This document shows positions 1-13,391 of a DNA stretch of 64,000 nucleotides, piece after piece. The DNA is from Podospora anserina (taxonomy: Eukaryota), in assembly GCA_017654855.1 (NCBI GenBank), contig CM030332.1:7564001-7628000 (forward strand). The letters are read 5' to 3'. The first letter of the stretch is position 1, and every line of letters begins with the position of its first letter. Position numbers and translations under genes: made by a program. The notes beneath the pieces are model-generated. The model saw only the letters and a program-made list of their open reading frames with translations. It ran no database searches and had not been told where the DNA came from.

Positions 1-8
1 GCCTTACA

Positions 9-2748
9 ATGCTCTTACACATCATCCTATTCACGTCTCTGTCGAGGGCTGCTAAGGTCATGTTCACGACAGGGACAGATGTTGATGGTGTGACACGAGA
101 ACTCGCTGCAAATCGGTATCCAGCTCTCTATACTGGTGATTATGGCGACTGCATGGGCGGAAACAGTCTATTCAGCATCAGCAAATTTGATGCTGCGTAT
201 TATGCCGACAACATGACGATAGTGCTTCATATGGACGGCACTAGCAGTTTGAGGAACGAGTCCCTGATGATGCGCATTTCTGTTGACGCATATGGCGAGA
301 ACCGATTTGATAAGATCGTGAATCCTTGCAACCTCAACATTGCTAGGTGAGTCCGAATTGGCTCCGGACTTGAAAGACGTATACTTACAAACATGCAGTC
401 TATGTCCTGTTCTTCCTGATGTGCCATTCCGAGCCTGGGTAGAAATTCGTGTTGGCCCACAGCAGATAGGGGGCATACCTAACATTGCTTACGAGATACC
501 CGATTTCGAAGGCACGACTCGAGTGCAAATCTTTGCCGGCTCTGGTCAACAAGAGGCTGGATGTTTTCAAGCTGCCATGCAGAACGGGAAGAGTCTTTCG
601 CACGCGTATGTTATCGCGCCCTTCATGGGCCTTTTCACAATGGTCGCCATCATCGCCTCCTTTTCCACTGCGGCATACGGAATAAGCGTCCCTCACATGA
701 GGATGCACCACGCTCATTCGCTCTCGGTCTTCATCGTATTCGAAACCTTCCAGACGATATTCTTCTCGGGGGCACTTTCTGTCAAGTGGCCATCGATCCT
801 CGTTGCATGGTGGTCAAACTTTGCCTGGTCCGCTGGCTTCATCTACGCGCCCCCTTTTGTCCAGTCGATCAACTCTTTTGCAGGCGTCCAGGAGGAGCTA
901 GGGCACGTCGATGGTTCCGGTCCTATGATTATCAACAGAGGAGAGCATTTAGTTGACCAGATCTATGGGCGATCTCTGATGACCAGGGGCTCGTTCAACG
1001 CCACTGATCCTTGGCGGTATGAATGGGGTGGTGATCCAGTAGCCCTTGGGTTACCACTTCCAGGCACTTGGAGTGGCTTTCCTGCAACGCTGGCGGCTAT
1101 TGGAATTCCAGCTGCCGATGCCTTTGTGTTCGGCTTGCTTTGGTTTCTGATAGCCGTCGCTCTGGTCATGTTTGTCGTCATTGGTGTCAAGATCTTGTTT
1201 GAGGGTCTCGCGAAAGCGAGGCTGGTCAAAGAGGATAGGCTTGCCTACTTTCGCAGCTACTGGGTCGGATTCCTCGGCCATGCTCTGTTACGAACACTGG
1301 TCATTGGGTTCTTCATGCTTATGACCCTGGCTATTTTCCAGTTCAAAATTCGGGGCTCTGTTGGCGCGATAGCAGTTGCGGCTGTGGTATTCTTCGTTGT
1401 TTTGATGGGGGTGACGTCGCTAGTGGCGTATGGGGTCTGGTGTCGAACTCGACACGGTACTTTCACCATCACGAAGGACCGGGCTGTTTTCTACCGATCA
1501 ACGTGGCGTGTTTCAATAATTTTGGAGACCAGGATAAAGGAGCACAACTTGGAGGTCAAGCCTATCCTCAGCATCCCAGTCTACCGCCTTCGACACAACA
1601 ACCACGACGACGACTACCCTACCGTCCATCTAGATCAGCTGTACGTTAAGAGATTTGCATGGCTCACAGCGCGCTACAGACGCACACGGTGGTGGTTCTT
1701 TGCTTACTACATTACATATTCATTTGTTCGAGCAGCTTTCATAGGAGGAGCTGGGGACGTTCCTCTTGTGCAGGTTTACGGTGTACTGGCGCTTGACATA
1801 GTCAACCTTGCCATCAGCGCTATCTCAAAACCCTTCGAAGGAACTCGAAACACGGCTATGGGTGTCTGGGTACTCGGCCTTTGCAAGATATTGACCACCG
1901 GCATCTCGATTGCTTTTCTTCCTCAGCTCAAAGTCAACCGTATCATCACGACTGCGCTCGGGGTAATCATCATTGTGATCCAGGGTTTCACTACCGTTGC
2001 CTTGATCATCTTGATTATCTTGAGCGCCCTTTCTTCGAGGCTTTCGCTACTACGGAATCAAGAAGAGTTCACGCCACGATGGCTCGACAAGGTTCGCATC
2101 CGTTATTTTGAAAAGATGCAGACAAAGGCACAAGACAGATGGAACCCCCCCAGGGGACTGGTCTCGAAGGATGATGAGATAAAAGGACCAACAACACCGC
2201 CATCGCCACACTTTTCCGTCACTGGTGTTCGACGTGGCTCTAAGATCGAAGATGACTTTGACGGCAGCACTGTATACAATTCGCAACAGTCGCTCCGTGA
2301 AAAAGGAAGCGACCAATCCTTGACCGAGCAGCCTCGTGGCCGTCACAGCCAGGCTGGTAGTGCCAGATCTCGGCTGAGTACGGGGAGTCTGCCTCGGACG
2401 GGTCGTGCGAGTCGCATGTCGTGGTCTTCAAGAGAGTGTGCGGATCCGGCTTTGCTAGAGCGGCCGGATAGTACTCTCGCCAAACGGTTGAGTGGAATCA
2501 CTTTTACCGTTACACCAAACGATGGCAGTAGCATGATGACCAGGGACAATGCCAGGGTGTCGGGTGAATCGACCACCTCTCACGTCCGACCGCAAGCCAG
2601 CTACCGCAGCTTCAGGTCACAGTCCACGTCGAGGGCGTCGAGTATCCATGAGAAGGCCAGCACTCCGACACCGACCCGGGAGACGTTTGGGTTGCCGGCG
2701 CTCACTCGTCCATCGACATTGCCAGAGGCTGCGGAACCAGACGAGTAG
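9..2748 (+). CDS. Flavin carrier (FLC)/TRP-like membrane channel with N-terminal ML-like domain; intron 347-398
   Basis: Signal peptide, then ML-like region (YYADNMT...AYGE...NPC). The GTGAGT..CAG intron joins ORF 9-350 to ORF 340-2748. WSNFAWSAG motif, multiple TM helices, S/R-rich tail. True start may lie at or just before the window edge. Confidence 0.85.
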
Positions 2749-3657
2749 TCTTGCAAGACGATACTTCTTCAAATTAGGATGGTTGTAATAATGTCACGGC
2801 AACAGCGTCACGGACTTTTTCTTGTCTCTCGTTTATGAGTCAGTGTTGAATAGAATTCTGGGGGTCTTTGATCATGATTTTCTTGGGAGGAATCTTGCAT
2901 AGTGGGTGTTTTGGCGTCTTCCTGGGCAGGTACAACTTTACACTTTACATCTTTTTGCAAAATCCAACATTTTTTCCCACTTACTCTCAATCCTCGTGAG
3001 AACAAACATCAACTCCCGAAAACAGCTGCCCCCCAGAGAGGAATAACATAGTCCCCTGTTGTTTCCCGCGGGTTGGGTAAGCCTGCGTCATCCGTTTAGC
3101 GACCCCGCTTCAACTCCCGAGCCCCTCCACGGTCCCCTCTCGCAGTCCCCGAATGCCCCACATGAAGGGCCTCAGATCAGTTGGGTTTGTTTGCTCGGTC
3201 CCAATTGTCCGGGCTTTCGGTCCTTACATCATGGGGGTTGTCACTGCTTTGGCGGGTTGTACCATTGGGTGATGGGGAGTCGGGATTCTTTACCCAAACT
3301 CCTTGAAACTAGCTTGGTGATGGCTGGGTTGGTCTGGCTCTTTTCGGTTCTGGATCCCCGGGTAAGTAAAGAGCTTACAAGGTCATGAGGTGATGGTTAG
3401 TCTGATTAGGAGATGATTGTATAAGAGCCGGTGGGTGGATATATATGGGCATAATTACACCACAGGGCGCAAGACAGGCGGAGGTTTTGTTGCCGGGAGG
3501 TACCTTATAAGATATAGCCTGCCTGCCGACCAAACACTTTTCCATTCCTCTATGTCTTTCACCCATTGATATCTCTTACCTCCCCTCTGTCGCGTCTCGA
3601 CAAGCGAGAACACACACACCACCACCGGCACACCGCAAAGAAGAGAACATACGCAGA

Positions 3658-4812
3658 ATGGCGGAACCGCGCAGAGAAAACTCCGGCCCTGTCGGCCCGC
3701 CGCTTTTGGACTTGACGATTGACAACATCACGCCGAATACCATCAGGATTAACAGCCAGTCGGACGACCAGCGGTTGACGTATTTGCTGTCGAGACTGGT
3801 GACGCACCTGCATGACTTTGCGAGGGAGACGCGGCTGAGCACGGACGAGTGGATGGCCGGGCTGGAGTTTTTGATTGCTTGTGGGAAGATCTGCAGCGAG
3901 GTGCGGAATGTAGGTCGCATCTGTTTCCGACATCTGGTGGTTCAGGGAGGGCGGTAGGCAGCAAGGTATCAGGTGCTGATGTGGGGAGACAAACAGGAAT
4001 TCATCCTCCTCTCCGACACCCTCGGCCTCTCCCTCCTCCTCGACAACATCAACCACCCCAAACCCGCCGGCGCAACCGAGGGCTCCGTCCTCGGCCCCTT
4101 CCACACCCACGATGCGCCCCTCCTCGAGAACGGCGCCTCGATGACCTCCGACCCGGCGGGTGAGCCGATGCTTGCCGTTTGTACCGTCAGAGACACGGCT
4201 GGGAACCCCATTGAGGGCATCAAGATTGATATCTGGGAGACGGACAGCAGCGGGCATTATGACGTCCAGCACAGCGACCGGAACGAGCCGAGCGAGAGGT
4301 GCGTCATGCTGAGTGATGAGGAAGGCCGGTTCTGGTTCAAGGGGTTGAAGCCGGTGAGCTACCCAATCCCGCATGATGGGCCGGTGGGGAAGCTGCTGGA
4401 GAGGCTGGGGAGACATCCGTGGAGGCCGGCGCATATTCACTTCATGTTTGAGAAGGAGGGTTGGGATAAGTTGATCACGTAAGTTTTCACCTTGGCCGTG
4501 CTTTCTGGGAGGAATTGGGATGCTGATGATCAGATAAGGGCACTGTACCTTAAGGGTGACCCCTACGAGACCTCGGATGCCGTCTTTGGCGTCAAAAAGA
4601 GCCTCGTTATCGAGCTTGGCAAGGTAGACAAGGAGACAGCGGAGAAATATGGGGTCGAGGAAGGCACATGGCTGCTCAAACATGACTTTGTGCTCACCAC
4701 GCAAAAGGACACAGAGAAGCTGAGAGACGACCTGGCCAAGGAGGCGTTGGCAAAGTTGGGCTTGCATAATCTCAAGCTGGTGGATCATCTGCCTGTGCCA
4801 GATCTAGATTAA
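3658..4812 (+). CDS. Intradiol ring-cleavage dioxygenase (hydroxyquinol/catechol 1,2-dioxygenase); introns ~3910-3996 and ~4479-4538
   Basis: LHDFARE..L..DEW, EFILLSD.LG, TEGSVLGPF, iron-ligand motifs YDVQ, SYPIPHDGP, WRPAHIHF, then DAVFGVKKSL. Confidence 0.93.
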
Positions 4813-4817
4813 TGTTA

Positions 4818-6428
4818 TCAACCGGCTTTTGCTGTTTTTTGTTTCGGCTTTTTGCCCTTTGACTTTTTCCCAACCGACGGGCCAGTGTCGTTGGCTTCGT
4901 GCTCGTGGGTTGACGGTGGCTGCTTCATCAGTCGAACCACAGCATCGAAGTAACCAGCGGTGCCGCCGTATTTGTGCACCAAGGCTGGGATATCGACCGA
5001 AGAGATATCTCCAGTCCGCTTACGTCCAACGATCGCTGCGTTGCGTGTAGATGGGATCCGGAGCATTTCCTGCTCAACCTCCCAGCCGCATTCAGCTGCT
5101 ATCTCTGACACCCATCCCACGAACGAGGAGTAGGTCGAGTCGGCCTTGGTCTTGTCCTTTGGTGGCGATGCTCGGAACAGCTTTCCGCTGAGATCATGGC
5201 TGCAGCAAGGGATAGAAATGAACGGACAGTCGGAGACAGCCGCAAGGATAGGAGTCCAAGGCGTCAGCTCGTCGGCGTGGTTGGAGATGATAAATGTCCC
5301 TTTTGGAAAGACGCCATCATGGGCCTTTTGTTCGTCAAAGCCATCACCGGACCCGCCTCTGCTGACATATGTTGGCAGCAAAACCAGCTCACGAAGTGAA
5401 TCTTGCTCCTCCCCCGACAAAGACCTGACTCTGGTGCTGTACGACGCCCACGACGTTCGTGACCTAGCATCGAAGCCCCAACCGGAAAACCCTTCTTGAT
5501 TTAGAATGTGGACGAGCAGCCCATTCCCGCAGCCAACATCAACGAATCCAGGAAACGGTCCCTCGCCATACATGTCCTTCCACAGCTCGATCATGAAAGC
5601 TGCGATACAAATGTCCTCAAAGATGTGTTTTTCGGGATCCGTCTGCTCTGCCCAACCCTTGATGAGACTTCTCGCATGCTTTTGTTTCAACTTGGTGTAC
5701 GTGTCTTGCACCCGCGCTTGAGGAAGCAACACATCGTGATGGACTCTCTTCTGATAGCCCTGAACCCGGCCCTTGCCGTGCTTGTGAATGACCATGAGCA
5801 GCTGGAAAGCGGTCCGTATGAGCTTGTCAACGGTTCGGTCCTGCTCGTCAAAGAAGAGGTAGGAGAGGGAGATGGACCCGCAGGACTCTGCCGGCGTCCA
5901 TTCGTGAACAAATGCTATGCCCTTGACTACTGGGTGGTAGAAGGGCATATCCGAGGGCGTGGATACATGCGGGAGATAGATGACGAGAGTCCGCTCAACC
6001 GCCTCCCCACCAGGGTTGCTCTTGTAGATGAGGCATGTCTGGTCAAGAGGCTTGTCTCTGAGGGTGTTTCTTGGTATGAGCTTGCGGATGACATGCCGCT
6101 GGAGCTCAAACCCGACAAAGGAGGGAATGTCGGCCACGAAGGCCAGGCTATCAGCCTCGTCGGCTGGGGTTGCCGGGTTGGCGGGACCATCCTGTGCGTC
6201 GTGCAGGATATCCGCACGGAAGAGCCATGTCGAGTTGATGTTTGGATTTCGGATCAAGTTGTCCATGACACTGTCAAACACCGGAGGTCCAAACGCACAC
6301 TCGTGGCGGTACAAGGGTCGCCATGTTGCCTTTGTTGGGGTGGTGTGTGTGTTGCCGCTGCTGTGACCGGCAGCCTCGAAGATGACGGGTGGTGCGTCAA
6401 GCGCCAACTCTTCCGGCCTGAATGCCAT
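4818..6428 (-). CDS. TRM44: tRNA (uracil-O2')-methyltransferase Trm44
   Basis: NPNINS.WLFRADIL, YQKRVHHD, TDPEKHIFED, FVDVGCGNGLLV, GFDARSR, ISNHADELTPW, PCCSHD, LRIPSTRN. Confidence 0.93.
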   Translation of the reverse strand: MAFRPEELALDAPPVIFEAAGHSSGNTHTTPTKATWRPLYRHECAFGPPVFDSVMDNLIRNPNINSTWLFRADILHDAQDGPANPATPADEADSLAFVADIPSFVGFELQRHVIRKLIPRNTLRDKPLDQTCLIYKSNPGGEAVERTLVIYLPHVSTPSDMPFYHPVVKGIAFVHEWTPAESCGSISLSYLFFDEQDRTVDKLIRTAFQLLMVIHKHGKGRVQGYQKRVHHDVLLPQARVQDTYTKLKQKHARSLIKGWAEQTDPEKHIFEDICIAAFMIELWKDMYGEGPFPGFVDVGCGNGLLVHILNQEGFSGWGFDARSRTSWASYSTRVRSLSGEEQDSLRELVLLPTYVSRGGSGDGFDEQKAHDGVFPKGTFIISNHADELTPWTPILAAVSDCPFISIPCCSHDLSGKLFRASPPKDKTKADSTYSSFVGWVSEIAAECGWEVEQEMLRIPSTRNAAIVGRKRTGDISSVDIPALVHKYGGTAGYFDAVVRLMKQPPSTHEHEANDTGPSVGKKSKGKKPKQKTAKAG

Positions 6429-7600
6429 TGCGAGCCACGGCTGCTTTCTGTGTCTCGCGCTCGGGTCGTCACCGGTCGTGTATGAGGCGAATCACTGCCG
6501 TCGGTCGAGGGACAGGCTCACCTCACAGGGGTCGGCCGAGAAGGCGGCGGAGAAGCACCGAGGGGCAAAAAAAGGCTTGGCGCAGGGCCCTGGTGGTGAG
6601 CTTGTCACAGTGAACCAGTCCCCGATGGTGGCGGATGGTTTTGACATCTTGTGCCTGCTGAGCCTCTCGAAGCCTGTCTCGGGTCTCCATCATGATGGCC
6701 TATGACTGGGCTTCACCATTGAATTATGTGAGTTTACACCACTGGTGACACATCTATGGCAAACGTTACATGTCCAAATCCGGAGAAGACTGGCAAGCAT
6801 CGGGTCCCATGTCATTGATTCGCATCACCAAGTCCACCTGCCCCGCGGCCCAGCCGACGGAACGGCGGGCTTCCCGTCGATTAGTCCAGGGCAGCGATCG
6901 ATGAGTTGCAGCCGCGTTGCATTCATTCATTGACTTTGAGAAAACAGAAAACAGAAAACAATGCTTTGACGGCGCAAAAGTTTCAATACAGGTTGACTGC
7001 GCAGACCCGGAGGCATCCTGTCGTCCCTGCTCTCGTTATCGGATAGAGAATTGCTCTGGCGAAGAACGAACGAATGAACTCCCAAAACGGTGAACAGTGT
7101 TGGGTGACCAGAGCCTTGTGACGCAACATCCCACCCCTGCAATATGATATAGCGAAGTACCCCGAGGTAGACAAAGAGGCAACCTGTAGGAGGTTCCGCA
7201 AGCTTCGCTCTCCGAGGTACGCGTGCGGTACGTTTGGTGAATCACTGCCCCACCCCTTCGTAGATGGCGGTGCCTTAGTGGCCAACCCAACCAGGGCCTT
7301 TTTGCTGCCTTGTTGCCTGAAAAGACCGTTCGCCCCACCTACCCATCCTCCCTCTTCCCCTCACCTCGCCATTTCCACTCTCTTCCCCTTCTATCTACCG
7401 GACCTAATCATCATCTTGCCATCCACCGCAGCATCACCGCCCGCATACTTTCTCGGCACCCCGAAAGCTATAACTAGCCCACCCAGCACTCCCGATTTTT
7501 GACTCTGCACATAGCGAGACACTCTACAGTCGTCGGTCGCTCTCTTCCCCGTCACCAAATAAAACCCTTCTCCCAAGGACACCCCGAAAACTTCGAGTTT

Positions 7601-8315
7601 ATGTCCACCGAAATCGAAAACCTCAAGACCTACGGTACGTTCATTATCGTTCTCGCACACCACCCATTACCCGCGTTTTCGTGCCGCCAACGTTCTTGAT
7701 GGATGTTGACGGCGCGTCACCGTCATACGCAACCTCGTTCACAGCCTTGTGGAGTCACTGCCACCTGGTCCACGTCCAAAACATCGAAGCACATTGCGCC
7801 GTTCATCAAAGAAACATTGCTGACCGCCACTTGTCCTACAGATCCCTTCGCCGAAGCCGACGAGGACTCGGGCAAGACCAAACAGACCCAGGAGTATATC
7901 CATATCCGCATTCAGCGTATGTGTTTGCACTTTATCGTCACGTGGTCCTGGCCTTGAGCTGCCAACCACGTGTGAGTTCACCGACAACAAGACAAGTGCT
8001 AACATTGTCACAGAGCGTAATGGACGTAAAACTCTGACCACCGTTCAGGGTATTCCGAGCAAGTTCGACCACAAGAAGATTCTTAAGGTTGTCAAGAAAG
8101 AGTTCGCTTGCAATGGCACCATCATCAGTGACACCGAGATGGGCGAGGTGATCCAGCTCCAGGGTGATCAGCGTACCAAGATCAAGGAGTTCCTCACTGA
8201 TAAGGAGAATGGCCTCGGCCTCGATGACAAGACCATCAAGGTATGCAGCATCTACACCGTCACAACACACCGAGACAGCACGCTAACTGATACTCGGCAG
8301 GTGCACGGCTTCTAA
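7601..8315 (+). CDS. SUI1: Translation initiation factor eIF1 (4 exons)
   Basis: Spliced translation MSTEIENLKTY-DPFAEADED...YIHIRIQ-QRNGRKTLTTVQG...KKEFACNGT...VIQLQGDQR...TIK-VHGF*. Confidence 0.96.
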
Positions 8316-8968
8316 GTCCGGCATGTCACACGTGCCGTAGCTCACTTCGAGTCCCCCTCTGGGGAATACGGAGCAGCGTCTACGAAAGTAGTCACTACGA
8401 GCGCTGAGAGGACCCTTGGTTGGGTCCAGCGGCATAATGACATGATACCCCACGATGGTTACGGACGTCCTTTTTCCCTTAGCAACATTGTTGCAGGAGG
8501 TTTTTGGGAAGGGAAGGCTCTATTTTTTTGCGCGATACAGATCGTCGTTCGCTTAGGTAGTCGATTTCTGGTGGTTTTCAAAATCTCTGGAACGATGCAA
8601 GACGCAAGCCTTTCATTATGAAATCTGCGGTCTTGGGGCAATGGGATCATAAGTTGCGATAAACTTGTGCCATGACTGTCTTGATATGCCTGGTTTGATA
8701 TGTGTACGCTGCATCTGTCAACCAGCTGTGCTCGCAACGACTGCGTTGTTGTCTGTTTGAGTCTGATACATGTTGCTGTTGTGACTGATGACTTGCTGCC
8801 ATCAAATCGTATCAAGCCGAACGGGATTATCACCATGTTTTTTGCGTGTGAACAAGATCTAAAGATAACCATGACGCCAATGCTACCACATTTGCCTGAA
8901 CCATTCCCCCATTTGACCGTTTCCACAATCCCAATCTTGAAATAAGGATAGGTATAAAACTCGAGCCC

Positions 8969-9045
8969 AGAAAAGACAGAAAAAGAAACAGAAAAAAGAA
9001 ACAGAAAAAAGAAACAGAAAAAAGAAACAGAAAAAGAAAACAGGA
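8969..9045. repeat. Purine-rich (GAAAAAGAAACA)-like tandem repeat in the 3' region of the EOS1-like gene
   Basis: About 6 imperfect 12-13 bp units seen directly. Confidence 0.85.
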
Positions 9046-9117
9046 ACGGCAACTTGACAAGATCCAAGATGACTCCCTCGAAAAGTGCCCGAAATAAAAC
9101 GAAACGAAAGAGACGTG

Positions 9118-10389
9118 TTAAAGATCCCTCGTCACATTCCCATACTCCATAATCTTGAGCGCCAGCCCCGTGATGACCCCCCAGACCTGCGACAGAAAAG
9201 TGACGAGCGGGATGTCGGGATAGTCGGTGCGGTTGGAGTGCAGCTGGGCGAGGAGGGCGACCATGGAGGTGAAGGAGGCGATGGAGAAGGCTGAGATGGA
9301 GGCGCGGGTTTCCTTGCGGATGTTGATTTTGCGTTGGGTTAGGTGGTAGAGGAGGGTGAGGGTCTAAGGGACGGTCAGGTTGGTGACAGGATGGGAGAGG
9401 GAGGGGGACACGTACAGTAGATATCACTATCCAGCCTGGTAGCAGCAGACGGGGATCCTCGGAGCCGCCGGTTAGGTAGAGGACCCCCCATGTGCACCAG
9501 CCGTTTAGGGCTGATATGGCGAGGAGGCGGACGATGGTGGCTTGGGGGGTGTAGTTCAGGAGCCAGCGGGACATGAGGCAGTCGGTGAAGAAGAAGGAGA
9601 GGTAGGAGGAGGCTACGCACTGTTGGAGAGTTAGCATGGCTTCGGAGATGGGGGGGGTTTGGGTGGCAGATATACCCAAATGGTAGCGAGCAGCGTCTCT
9701 GTTATCCTCAGGCTGGTCTCAAAGGGAATGTCAAACCCCGTGGTTGGTATCCTCGTTGGCGGTACCTCTGTCGTGGGGGCAGAAGGGGGTGAGGTGCAGG
9801 AAACGGCAGAAGAAGGCTTAGATAACCTCCCAAAAGAGAACCCGTGCTGTCCGTTCCCAACGACGACATGGTTGGTGACCAGAATGGAGAAGATCATGTA
9901 GACGAGGCGGAGGACGCATGGTAGGCCGAGCCATAATCCCGGAACGATCGAGCCGAGGCGGCTGATGTAGAGGAGAATCTGCCATGGGGTTGAGATGCCC
10001 AAGACTACGGCGACGCGGGGTCGGAGGACGGACGTGGATTGGATTTGCCCGGACGAGGAGGCAACGGGGCCGGAGGATTGTGTGACAGCTCGGAGGAGCT
10101 GGTGGTGGTGGTGGTGATCGGCGGTGACGGAGGGGTGGATTATGGGCTCGGTTGATATGGCTGTTGAGACAGCCGTGGTTGTCGCAGTCTTGCTGCTGTA
10201 TGGAGGCGGGTTGTCGACATATCGAGGAGTTTGCGCCCTTGAGCGGGCGGGGGAGGTGGTCGTCGAGCCGGTGACATGAGTGGCATAGTCGGTGGTGGTG
10301 TTGCTGTTTGCGCCTGGTGCGCTATCCGCTGCTGCTGCTGCTGCTGCTGTTCGGCGCTGCTGCGCGGCTGGCATTGCGAGGTTGGACAT
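9118..10389 (-). CDS. EOS1-like ER N-glycosylation membrane protein (2 introns)
   Basis: TETLLATIW / SSYLSFFFTDCLMSRWLLNYTPQATIVRLL / LLPGWIVIST; last exon ends ...MEYGNVTRDL*. Confidence 0.8.
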
Positions 10390-11139
10390 CAAGACACTGG
10401 CTCTCTAGTTTATACCCATAGAGCAAATGGGAGTCACCTGAGAGGGGTTTCACCACTCCATGGAAAAGGCGAAAAGAGACGGGGAGAAGGCGGAGAGAAA
10501 TCTATACTTTGGTGGCAGCGGCGGAGGGGCCGGATCTTGGTAGGTTCAGATGGACGGCGGTGATGTGAATTTCGATTTTGGGGTCTATCTTTTCGCTTCA
10601 GTGCAGGTGGCTTTCTCGTCGTCAGCGGCCCAGCGATCAATGTCGCAACAAGGGGTGCTCGATGCAAGCCTCCCACGTACGATTGCTACTAGGGGCTCCC
10701 CTGGCTACGAAAGCCGGCGTTTCATTGGTCAGCATCTCTTCGAGAAGCCCAGACCTCTGGGAAGCTCCAGAGGTTTAACCTTCCGTGGTGGGGGTTGGTC
10801 TTGACTGTGGTGATAACTGATAGCGATCATTGGGTGCGCTGGACCCACATATTTTCTTCCGCGAGCGCCCGAAATTTTGAGAGCTTCGAAGCTTCCTGGT
10901 GTTGCGCTGTCGGCTACGCCCGCGCAACAGCTTCCGTTCGATCGACCGTTTCCGACGTCGCCGCCGACGAATACCGGCTCGTTACTTTATTGGTGCGGTC
11001 AACCTGGGCAACCGACAAGGCAACAAGCCGACTCATAGCACGCAGGCGGGGTGGCCATCAGGGTTGAGGTACTTCGGAAGCGGGGACCAAGAGGACGGAG
11101 GGAGAAGTTCAGGGTCAGCACAGTACGGCGGTAGCAACC

Positions 11140-12165
11140 ATGGCTTCAGTATCTAGGTTAGGACTCGGTGCCCGGGGGGGGTTGTCGTCACAGGCCTCCG
11201 CTAGGATATCACCACGCGTGGTACGCGTCGCACCAACATGTTCCTTCAGTACATCCGCTGGACTCGCCAGAAGCGTCAGGAGAGCGAACAGGGCGCCGGC
11301 GCGCGACGAGATCCGTTCCCCCTCTGCTCAAATCGCCCAACAAAAACTCAATCAAAAGGTGACATCAAATGCCATCAATGTCATCTTTCCAGGTGAGCAA
11401 GAACCAGGACTCGACCCAGTTGGAGCCGTGCTGTTTGTGCCGTAGTCTGACTTGCTCGTCTTGCTCTATCTTTTAGGCACCTTTGTCCGCCCTCCATGGG
11501 ACCAATGGCCCAAGGACTTCTCGTCCAGATTCGCCTTCTTCCGGACCTGGGTCACTGTCAAGGCCAGAGAGGCGGCGACCAAGTTCGCCATGGTTCATTC
11601 CTCGAGGCCCCGGTTCTTCAAGCGTGCCGCTCTCAAAACCAGCAACCCGCTCGCGATTCTCACAGCAAAGGGCCTCCACCGCTCCATGATGGAAGCCCTC
11701 GCCAGCGGCGACAAGGACACAATCCGCAAGGTTTGCGCCAGCAAGCTTGCTCTGCCTCTGCAGGCTACCATCGACAATCGTCCCAAGGACAAGCTGATGG
11801 CATGGGAGCTGGTGGAGTATACCAAGACGTGGTTTTATCCTACTGTTCTTTCGCACAAGCTCTCTCCCATCGAGAAGAGCAAAGATGCGCCCATCATTGA
11901 GCAAGTGGTGGTGGCCATTTCTAGCAAGCAGCGTCGGTATCAGTATGTTCTCGGGGCTGATGGGGAGCGCAAGAAGCTGGCTGGAACAGAGAAGGAGATG
12001 GATATTATTGAAAACATCGTCATTGGCTGTGTGGTTGACCCTCACACCTGGCAGCGTGATGAGTGGCGGATCGTTGGAAGCATGAAGGCGACGGACCCGA
12101 ATGAGTGGAAGGAAGAGGAACGGCTGGTCAAGATGGTGGAGCATTCGGAGGCTATGAAGAGGTAG
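11140..12165 (+). CDS. Mitochondrial Tim44-like domain protein (Mba1/mL45-like); intron ~11393-11477
   Basis: Arg/Ser-rich presequence, then Tim44-like pattern (ALASGD..IRKVC, WELVEY, EQVVVAISSKQ, WRIVG). Confidence 0.7.
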
Positions 12166-13391
12166 AGGTAACTGGGATGGCGAAATGGTCGTGTCAGTAT
12201 GCTCGAGAAGTTGTACATTACAAGATGCTCTGCTGAAAACAGGGAGCATCTAAGGCTTAGGCAGGAACCAAAAACTCTGTCTGTGTAAATTCATATTGTA
12301 AGATGTTTGTCTCTGTATCTTGAGTCTTGCTTTGAGGCAACTCTTGCAAATGGGTGCTCTGGTGTTGTGTGTCTTCTCGGACTGTGTTTGTTTTGACCCC
12401 TATTTATGGACCCACATACCCCTGACCGTCTGTGGACAGAACCAACATCTGTGTTATGTTGGGCCTCTACTTATTCCGGGCTAAAACCACAACAAATACC
12501 GTTTTGCTGTATGCCTCGGCTAGACAAATAGTCAATAAAAACACGATGCATCATAGCTCAAACCGTGGTGGTGTGAGTCCATGCTTGATGTGGCTGTATA
12601 GCAACTGAAGAAGCATTTGTGTTTAAGGCACAGGTTGTAAACCGCAATCTGCTTGTGTGATTGACCGGCAAGCTCTGAATGTTAGCTGAGTCACTGCTGT
12701 GAGATGAGAGAACCAGATCACATCAGTCATGATGAAAGGATGTGTATAAGAAGGTTTAATATCCTCCACGATCTATACTGCACTGCAGTATCAATCATGT
12801 TGATGATTATGTAGAAATAGCTCAGCCCCATGGATATAAGCCTCTGTTCTGGGTTTCCTTATCCTCCTGATTGAGTGCTATTTACAATACACCGCTACTT
12901 TGAACTTTGACATCCCAAATGGTCCCATCGCGGCTCATTGTAAAGTGCCCTTTTCGTGATCAGCCACTGTTTTTTTTGTCTCAACATTTTGATCTTCAAG
13001 TAATTTAACCGCCTCTTAATTCCGGTTGTTAGTTTGAGAAGCTAGTAAATCATTGGCAAAATGCGATGGTTATCATTACGTCGCTGCTGGGTCGCTCCTT
13101 CCTCCACAGGGTGCTCGCTCCTTCCTTCTGTGTTGCGTTGAAAATTCTTTACTCAGCTAAGGATGTGTGGCACGTGCATGTGACCCAGCAAAATGAGCTC
13201 ACTAACTTTATGAGGAAAAGTAAGGGAGGTTCAACATATCATCCCTTTGAGACATGCATGATGCAACCAACCATTTACCTTATATCTTCCCACAGCCTTC
13301 CCGTCAGCAAGTTCCGTGGGGAGGGGACCTCCTACTTCTCAATATCTTTCTGCCGCGTCGCTGTTGCTTTCAGACACTTCAGATCTACACC

